IMG/VR virus record: IMGVR_UViG_3300032331_003609
Location: 180,851-244,850 of that record
Strand: one strand, 5' to 3'
DNA: 64,000 bases
The translations under genes and the position numbers were made by a program. Below the pieces are notes generated by a model, which was given only the letters and a program-made list of their open reading frames with translations, was not told where the DNA came from and did not search any database. The stretch's first letter is position 1. Each line of letters begins with the position of its first letter. Shown in pieces: positions 57,934-64,000 of the stretch.

Positions 57934-58139
57934 CAAAAGAAGAACTTGAAGAAATAGATCGTAAAAGATCATTACTGAAAGTTCCTATAGCATATAAAGT
58001 AGACGACTCTTTGGAAGTGCCGGATCTTAGTGATAATTTCACACCAAAGAAAGAGAAAGCAATTAAGAAGATTAAAACTGAGGTTGTAGATATAAAGATT
58101 AAAAAGACAAAGAATAAAAGCAATAAATTGTATGAGTGA
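57912..58139 (+). CDS. Hypothetical Lys-rich protein
   Basis: Fills the gap between primase and UvsY, overlapping both. Confidence 0.55.
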   Translation: MGFNWNLTKEELEEIDRKRSLLKVPIAYKVDDSLEVPDLSDNFTPKKEKAIKKIKTEVVDIKIKKTKNKSNKLYE

Positions 58140-58572
58140 CCAATCTCAAGATTTTGAAGAACAATTTTCCACAGAAAGATCTGAATGGACGGAAAGAATA
58201 AGAGAACTTTCAATCAGAATGAGGAATATTAGGGAAATTGCAGAAGTTCAGGTTGAGTTGTATTCAGATAGACAAAAATTACTTGAATATGCTTATAAAT
58301 TAGGTCAGATTCTAACAAAGCTAAATGCAAAGTTCAGATCTGATCGTAGAACTAAAATGGTTTATTATTCGGAAGAACATAATACAAGATATGGTGCAAA
58401 CGAAAAGACTGCATTAATAGATGGTGATTTAAGCGAGATAAAAAGAAAAATAGATGTCGTTGACAATCAAATGTCTTTCCTGAATGAGACCGTAAAAACT
58501 GTAGATCATTTTCTATACGGGGTAAAGAGTAGAATCTCCCTAGAAGAGTTTATGAGAGGCAGTTCAAAATAA
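58132..58572 (+). CDS. uvsY: Recombination mediator UvsY-like
   Basis: About 146 aa, helical. The C-terminus IDGDLSE...FLNETVKTVDHFLYGVKSRISLEEF resembles UvsY, and the gene is adjacent to uvsW. Confidence 0.7.
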   Translation: MSDQSQDFEEQFSTERSEWTERIRELSIRMRNIREIAEVQVELYSDRQKLLEYAYKLGQILTKLNAKFRSDRRTKMVYYSEEHNTRYGANEKTALIDGDLSEIKRKIDVVDNQMSFLNETVKTVDHFLYGVKSRISLEEFMRGSSK

Positions 58573-58583
58573 GAAAAATTTGA

Positions 58584-60125
58584 ATGCTAAAATTTATAGT
58601 ATCTGAAGATCTTCAATGGCTACTTTTACAAGACTATGATGAAGAGGTTGACAGAAAGCAACTTGAAATATCTTTAACCCGAAAAATACACAACTATTTT
58701 TTTCATCCATTGGTTAAGAAAAAACATTGGGACGGAGCAATTTGCTTTGTAGATAAGCGTGGACCATTATGGAGAATTCCAAGTGGGCTATGGAGCGAGG
58801 TTTTTGAAATAGGGGAAAAGTACAAGATCGAGGTTGAAGTAATAGGATTAGAAAGAATAGTAGACGGAGATCTAACATTAGAAGAATTCACTGAATGGGC
58901 TAATGAATTTTTTGCTGATAAAGAAATGAAGCCAAGAGATTATCAAATCGAAGCTGCTTGGAGAATTGTTAAGTTTAGATTCTCATGTTTGGAAATTGCA
59001 ACATCCTCAGGTAAGACTCTAATTGCATTTATTGTTCTTGCCTATCTAAAGAATATAAGAGGCATTAATAAGTTCCTAATGATTGTTCCTAATACAACAT
59101 TAATTATACAGGGATCAGAAGACTTTGAAGAATATGGTTTAAAAGAATTAGATAACTGTGACATTCAATTAATACATGGGGGGAATAAAAATAAGATCTC
59201 TGGGGGATTAATGATAGGAACATATCAATCATTAGTCAAGCAAGATGATGATTTCTTTGATGGAGTAGAAGCCATCTTTGTCGATGAATCACATCAGTCT
59301 CATTCTAAATCTATTAAAGAGGTTATTTCTAAATGTAAAGACTCTAGATATAGATTTGGTCTTTCGGGTACTTTGACTAATAGAAATACTGCAGAGCACC
59401 TAACCATCCAACAATATTTAGGTCCATTAACAATGGAGATTAGTCCTAAGTTTTTATTTGATAATAAGTACGCCACCCCCGTCGCTATTAAAATAGTTAA
59501 GATGGATTGGTTGGACGAAAATCTGAAACAAAAATTATATGAATTAAGAACCAATAAGAATAATAAAGACACTGAGAAGCTGGAAGGAAGTGAAATATTT
59601 GGCGTTGAGAGAAAGCTAGTTATCTCCTCGGAAAAGAGATTAAAATATATTGTTGATTTTATTGCTAAAACCAGCAAAAACTCTTTGGTTCTTTTTCAAT
59701 CAGTCGGAGAAGGATATGGTAAAAGGATATACGAGAACTTAAGAGAGATCCAAGCAGATAAAGAAGTTTTTTATATTGACGGGGACACTGATCCTGAAAG
59801 AAGAGATTATTATAAGACCAAATTAGAAGAAGGTGTGAATAAAGTGATGGTAGCCAGCTTTGGAACTCTTAGTACTGGGGTATCTGTTAAGAACATTCAT
59901 AATATATTTTTAGTTGAATCTTATAAATCGGAGGTTCTAATTAAACAAAGTCTAGGAAGGGGAATGAGACTTTACGAAGGGAAAGAAAAGGTCAATATTA
60001 TTGATTTTGTGGACGATTTTTCCTACAACGGGTCAATGAACTATCTAATGAAGCATTCCCTAGAAAGAATTGAGATTTACAAAAGGGAGAAATTCGAATA
60101 TAAGACCTACGAGATTACTCTCTAG
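58584..60125 (+). CDS. uvsW: SF2 DNA helicase UvsW
   Basis: PRDYQ, ATSSGKT, IVPNTTL, TYQSL, VDESH, FGLSGT, SFGTLSTGVS, QSLGRGMR and IDFVDD. Confidence 0.93.
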   Translation: MLKFIVSEDLQWLLLQDYDEEVDRKQLEISLTRKIHNYFFHPLVKKKHWDGAICFVDKRGPLWRIPSGLWSEVFEIGEKYKIEVEVIGLERIVDGDLTLEEFTEWANEFFADKEMKPRDYQIEAAWRIVKFRFSCLEIATSSGKTLIAFIVLAYLKNIRGINKFLMIVPNTTLIIQGSEDFEEYGLKELDNCDIQLIHGGNKNKISGGLMIGTYQSLVKQDDDFFDGVEAIFVDESHQSHSKSIKEVISKCKDSRYRFGLSGTLTNRNTAEHLTIQQYLGPLTMEISPKFLFDNKYATPVAIKIVKMDWLDENLKQKLYELRTNKNNKDTEKLEGSEIFGVERKLVISSEKRLKYIVDFIAKTSKNSLVLFQSVGEGYGKRIYENLREIQADKEVFYIDGDTDPERRDYYKTKLEEGVNKVMVASFGTLSTGVSVKNIHNIFLVESYKSEVLIKQSLGRGMRLYEGKEKVNIIDFVDDFSYNGSMNYLMKHSLERIEIYKREKFEYKTYEITL

Positions 60126-60133
60126 CAGCTTTG

Positions 60134-60142
60134 GATATATAA
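60134..60142 (+). promoter_or_regulatory. Putative late promoter GATATATAA
   Basis: Exact motif, 10 nt upstream of 60153. Confidence 0.6.
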
Positions 60143-60152
60143 AATAAAAAAG

Positions 60153-60821
60153 ATGAAACATCTTCAATCATACGAATTATTAGAAAGCAGCGACAAGTAC
60201 GTTAAGTCGTATAGCCCTCAGAAATACAAAAAAATCACGGGCAATGACTCTGCCCCTGGATTTACTGGGTGGATCTATAATATTTTCACTTCCTTGAAGA
60301 ATAATTTCGAGAATATGGATGGGTTCTTCAAGAGCAATGTGTATATGAAGGATATCCACGGAAATGCAATAGACACGGGAATGGGCTGGCTAATTGGGCA
60401 AGCAGGATCTTTGGCTACCTCTGTTGCAGCTAAGATATTTGAACCTAGCGAGTTTGTTAGTACAAATTGGAAATCATCCGATGGATCTATGTTACAAGCA
60501 CCAACATCTGATAAAGATGTTAAAACAGAGCATCTTAGATTGTTCAATGATAATTTTGCAAAAAAAGATATGCCTAACATTAAAAATGATGAAGATATGA
60601 AATCATGGATTACTGGATTTTACAAAAAAGCAGGTACTTCTCCGGGAAAGGTAAAATGGGCGGACGATGCAGTATCAACTGCTTCTAATACTTACTTTAA
60701 TAAGTCAAGGGGAATGGGAAGAACAGCAGCAGCAGGAACAGAGATAGTAGCAGGTGCAGAAGGAGCTGGTATTTTAGGAACTGCTGGAGAATTAGCAGCT
60801 GCTGTTCCGATGGTTCCTTAA
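60153..60821 (+). CDS. Hypothetical protein (possible head-internal protein)
   Basis: N-terminus MKHLQSYELLES; Ala/Gly-rich C-terminus; late motif upstream. Confidence 0.65.
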   Translation: MKHLQSYELLESSDKYVKSYSPQKYKKITGNDSAPGFTGWIYNIFTSLKNNFENMDGFFKSNVYMKDIHGNAIDTGMGWLIGQAGSLATSVAAKIFEPSEFVSTNWKSSDGSMLQAPTSDKDVKTEHLRLFNDNFAKKDMPNIKNDEDMKSWITGFYKKAGTSPGKVKWADDAVSTASNTYFNKSRGMGRTAAAGTEIVAGAEGAGILGTAGELAAAVPMVP

Positions 60822-60843
60822 AAAAATATAAAATAAAAACAAG

Positions 60844-61110
60844 ATGAAAAAAGTATCACAAATTCAGGAAAGCTTAAAGGTACAAAAAGCTACTGCAATC
60901 TCTAAATTAGATGAGACAAATAAGTACCTGACTTTTGCTAAGACATACTATAAGAAGCACGGAGTTTCTGGCCCTTTTGATGAGAAGTTCAAGGGCAATA
61001 AAAAAGCTCAAGAAAAATTCATGGAAGAATTAGGAAAAGCATGGGCTGATTACAAGAAAGAAAAAGGAATTGAAACAAAGTCTTCTAGTAAACCTTGGGC
61101 TAAAAAATAG
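60844..61110 (+). CDS. Hypothetical basic protein
   Basis: 88-aa ORF with an A-rich leader. Confidence 0.65.
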   Translation: MKKVSQIQESLKVQKATAISKLDETNKYLTFAKTYYKKHGVSGPFDEKFKGNKKAQEKFMEELGKAWADYKKEKGIETKSSSKPWAKK

Positions 61111-61126
61111 GAATAAAATCCAAACC

Positions 61127-61555
61127 ATGTACGATATATTTTTCCCTATTATTGAACATTACACAGGAACACTCGTGTCAAAAGTAAGGAGGATTGATGA
61201 ATCAATTCTTTTTAAAACAATTTCGGGACAAGCTGGAAAGATAGAAAGAAATATAGAAGGAGATTGGGATTTACTTGTTGAAGAGGAAAAAGTAGCAGAA
61301 ATAGAAGATGGTTTATTTTCTATCTTTTGCGAATCTAGGGATCAACCTCCGATAGACAAGTATTATAATGAATTATTAAGGTTAAAAAGAAGAAGTGTAT
61401 TAAATTATAAATCCAATATTCTAGTTGATCAACTAATAACATCCATAGAATTTTTAATTCTGCATATGGACGTTCAATTAGAAGATGCTATAAAAATAGG
61501 ACCATTTTACACATTCAATCATAATGGAACTAAACACGTTTTAGTATTAAATTAA
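61127..61555 (+). CDS. Hypothetical protein (likely start MYDIFF at 61127)
   Basis: ATG after an A-rich leader and after the previous stop; no motif recognised. Confidence 0.6.
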   Translation: MYDIFFPIIEHYTGTLVSKVRRIDESILFKTISGQAGKIERNIEGDWDLLVEEEKVAEIEDGLFSIFCESRDQPPIDKYYNELLRLKRRSVLNYKSNILVDQLITSIEFLILHMDVQLEDAIKIGPFYTFNHNGTKHVLVLN

Positions 61556-61559
61556 AAAT

Positions 61560-63530
61560 ATGGCAGGGATAAAACATTTGAGTGAAATTTATAAAAAGCA
61601 AGGAGCAGAATTCCTTGACGATTTATTTGGGAAGGAATTGATAGTTTCTGAAAAATTGAATGGTATGAACTTCTCTTTTGAGAAGAGTATCTTTGATGGT
61701 TCTTTATCATTTTATAAAAGAGATCAGGTTAATCCTATTTCTAAGATTGATCGGGTACTAATGAAGTATTATGAATCTCCAATTTCACATATACAAGAAT
61801 TACCTACATTAACATTAGACGAGGTACCTAGCGGATGGAGATTCGGTATGGAATTTTTTATTAATCCAAGTCCAGTCTTAATATCTTATCAAAGAATACC
61901 TAGAAATGGCCTAGTACTAACCCACATCATAGTTAAGAATCAATTTGGTGATATAGAAAGAACTATAGTGGAAAAAGAGGAATTGGATTATTGGGCAGAT
62001 CTTTTAGGGGTTGAGAAAGCACCTATTATTTTTCAGGGTAAATTATCAGACGATCAAAAAGTATCTATTAACGATTTTGTTAATTCTGCTCATGATAATC
62101 TAAAAACAGATCACGGAACTAACAGCTTTGCTAAATATCTACTTAGTATATTAAATCCAGAATTAAATAAAACATTTTTAAATAATTCTTTAGAAGAACC
62201 AATAGAAGGTGTAGTTTTCAGATTTGGATCAATTGATGGAACCGGTGAATCTTTCACTGCCAAAATATTAGATCCTGTTTTTGAAGACATCACTAGACAG
62301 AACAATGTTAAAAAAGTAAGCTACTTTCCAAGTGACATCTACGGTATAACAATATTGGAAGTAATGAACTACATCTTGGACAAAGGAATAGATTCATTCT
62401 CTTTTGAGGGCGAAGATCCACAGGACAAGTACATTTCTTTTGTATGTTCTGTTTTTAATTCTTTCACGGATGAATATGGAGAAAAATATTTAGGTCTTGA
62501 TTTTCAAGAGCCAGAATTTTTAAAGCAAGAAGGATTCCAACCAAATCATGATCTAATTAAAGATGAAAAAACAAAATCATTAATCTCTGATGATGAAAGT
62601 TATGAATCTCTTTTCAAATTAATTCTTTCTGCTTTTAGAAAAATTAAGAAAAGACCAGGAGGATTTTTCACACAAGGAGCTATTGAGCAGTTCAATTTGC
62701 TTGTTAGAGAAATATCAGAATACCTAAACAATAATTCTATTGTTGTTGAATCGATGATTCCAACTTTTGACCAATTTAGAAAAGTAAAAAAACCATTTAT
62801 TCCTCAAGAAGAAGAGGGCGAGGAAGATATCGAAGATGAGGTTGAAGAAATTCCTAAGGAGAAGATAATAGAAGAACCAGTAGAAGAACCAGAGATAGAA
62901 ATTGAAATAGAAGAAGATCCAATAGGGGATGAGGTAGTGATGGATCCAGAAGTTGTTGATCAAATAAAAACAGCACTTGGACAAAGCGAACCTATTTCTA
63001 AATCTGGATTCGATGATGATGCTATAAAAGTAAACATAGTTATAGGAAAATTCCAACCTTTTAATAATGGTCATTTAAAAATGATTAAAAAGGCAAATCA
63101 AAATAACGGATTACCAGTTGCTGTGTTTGTTGTTAAACCTGGACCTCATAGCTTTATTGATGATCAGACAATGGATAAAATGATGGGAATAGTATCTAAT
63201 GATCTTTCAGGTATAATAGAGTCAATTCATTACATTGACGATGATCTTTTATCAACAGTAGTTCATACACTTGGTAAAAAATATGATCCAAAAACTTTAA
63301 CAGTTGGTAAGAAAAGACTTGATAACTATTTACTTCAAACAAGATCCCTAAAGAAGAGAAAAAAATTAGATCCAGCCTTTCAAATTCAAACATCACCAGA
63401 ATGGATTAATTCGGAGGATGTTTCCAGAACTATCCAAGAAAAAAATTATATGGAATTTAAAAAGAACGTGCCAAAATCACTTTCTGGCCTTTGGGAAGAA
63501 TTAACAAGATGTTACGATTCCTCTAAATAA
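61560..63530 (+). CDS. Fusion of an RNA ligase-like nucleotidyltransferase domain, an acidic linker and a HIGH-superfamily cytidylyltransferase-like domain
   Basis: Ligase motifs SEKLNGMNF (I), GMEF (III), EGVVFR (IV) and AKILD (V). C-terminal VIGKFQPFNNGHLKMI. Confidence 0.75.
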   Translation: MAGIKHLSEIYKKQGAEFLDDLFGKELIVSEKLNGMNFSFEKSIFDGSLSFYKRDQVNPISKIDRVLMKYYESPISHIQELPTLTLDEVPSGWRFGMEFFINPSPVLISYQRIPRNGLVLTHIIVKNQFGDIERTIVEKEELDYWADLLGVEKAPIIFQGKLSDDQKVSINDFVNSAHDNLKTDHGTNSFAKYLLSILNPELNKTFLNNSLEEPIEGVVFRFGSIDGTGESFTAKILDPVFEDITRQNNVKKVSYFPSDIYGITILEVMNYILDKGIDSFSFEGEDPQDKYISFVCSVFNSFTDEYGEKYLGLDFQEPEFLKQEGFQPNHDLIKDEKTKSLISDDESYESLFKLILSAFRKIKKRPGGFFTQGAIEQFNLLVREISEYLNNNSIVVESMIPTFDQFRKVKKPFIPQEEEGEEDIEDEVEEIPKEKIIEEPVEEPEIEIEIEEDPIGDEVVMDPEVVDQIKTALGQSEPISKSGFDDDAIKVNIVIGKFQPFNNGHLKMIKKANQNNGLPVAVFVVKPGPHSFIDDQTMDKMMGIVSNDLSGIIESIHYIDDDLLSTVVHTLGKKYDPKTLTVGKKRLDNYLLQTRSLKKRKKLDPAFQIQTSPEWINSEDVSRTIQEKNYMEFKKNVPKSLSGLWEELTRCYDSSK

Positions 63531-63536
63531 CAAATG

Positions 63537-63561
63537 AATCCTGCCAACGCAGGATTTTTTT
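63537..63561 (+). terminator. Rho-independent terminator
   Basis: Perfect 8-bp stem AATCCTGC-CAAC-GCAGGATT followed by a T run, just after the stop at 63530. Confidence 0.85.
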
Positions 63562-63583
63562 GCGGGGATGTATAGTATATTTG

Positions 63584-63592
63584 AATATATAA
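63584..63592 (+). promoter_or_regulatory. Putative late promoter AATATATAA
   Basis: Motif downstream of the terminator and 16 nt upstream of the ATG at 63609. Confidence 0.6.
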
Positions 63593-63608
63593 AACAAAAA
63601 ACACAGGA

Positions 63609-64000
63609 ATGTCTAAATTAGTAAAATGGAAGGATTATAGCAAAATTTACGAAGATGCTAATTCCGATTCAGGTATTGACGATGTAGCCGCTAAAAAAAT
63701 ACAAAAATGCCAGATTATGCTCTTAACTAAAGCTGGATTTTTCGGTCAGCTTTGTATGAATCTAAAATTTATAGAAGATAGAAATTTAAGATTCAAAACG
63801 ATGGCGACTGACGGAATGAATATTTATTACGATCCAGGTTTTGTTAACGGCCACACTGATGAAGAAATTAGATGGGTAATATGCCACGAGATCTTACACT
63901 GCTCTCTGCATCATTTTTTAAGAAAGCAAGCAAATCCTAGTATTTGGAATATGGCAGCTGATTATGAGATTAATCAATTAATAGATCCTAAGAATTATTC
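63609..64000 (+). CDS. DUF2201-like HExxH metallopeptidase domain protein (3'-truncated; absent from ORF track)
   Basis: Translated by hand: MSKLVKW...FFGQLCMNL...TMATDGMNIYYDPGF...VICHEILHCSLHHFLR...WNMAADYEINQ. Confidence 0.85.
   Translation, partial: MSKLVKWKDYSKIYEDANSDSGIDDVAAKKIQKCQIMLLTKAGFFGQLCMNLKFIEDRNLRFKTMATDGMNIYYDPGFVNGHTDEEIRWVICHEILHCSLHHFLRKQANPSIWNMAADYEINQLIDPKNY

Noticed and set aside
60123-60153. TAG stop of uvsW is in frame with the next gene, suggesting amber recoding (Lak-like code 15) or read-through
   Set aside because: Other TAG stops (49088, 61110) are followed almost at once by TAA. Long ORFs contain no internal TAG, UvsW is full length, and the next gene has its own promoter motif.
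658-63396. Numerous 60-150 aa antisense or overlapping ORFs in the track (e.g. 17265-17600, 18427-18873, 57899-58213, 59300-59677, 62724-63074)
   Set aside because: They are fully nested in long, motif-supported genes and have the Phe/Ile/Leu/Ser-rich composition typical of antisense frames in AT-rich DNA.
1-64000. tRNA, rRNA or large structured ncRNA genes
   Set aside because: Intergenic gaps are all about 120 nt or less and AT-rich, with no cloverleaf or conserved T-loop seen. A tRNAscan/Infernal run would be needed to exclude them formally.

Overview
An AT-rich, densely coded segment of a T4-like jumbo myophage genome, read in standard genetic code 11. The host is probably Bacteroidota; this is inferred from A-rich leaders with few Shine-Dalgarno motifs, a Bacteroidota-like S1 protein and SBBP/Reg_prop propellers. 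From left to right the window holds: (1) a nucleotide-sugar/glycosyltransferase/methyltransferase cluster (gmd, fcl, CDP-tyvelose-epimerase-like); (2) a small inverted island, a Nudix hydrolase and hypotheticals; (3) a baseplate/tail module (gp53-, gp27-, gp5-, gp13-, gp25-, gp6-, gp7-like) with a ribosomal protein S1 homolog and an amidoligase embedded in it; (4) an inverted phoH; (5) giant fibre/structural genes; (6) a cassette of Pro-Ala-Pro-Thr repeat proteins with poly-Gly tails, one ending in a Hint domain, flanking a pol-beta-type nucleotidyltransferase; (7) gp3, a RuvC-like nuclease, gp32, primase, UvsY and UvsW; (8) late hypotheticals, a ligase-like/HIGH-nucleotidyltransferase fusion and a truncated HExxH metallopeptidase. 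A conserved RATA(T/G)ATA(A) motif sits upstream of about ten genes and is probably the late promoter. No tRNA, rRNA, CRISPR array, reverse transcriptase or transposase was seen. All product calls come from motifs recognised by eye; no database searches were run. The best candidate for an undescribed system is the PAPT/poly-Gly/Hint/nucleotidyltransferase cassette at 46.9-51.1 kb, possibly linked to the phage's own glycosylation cluster.
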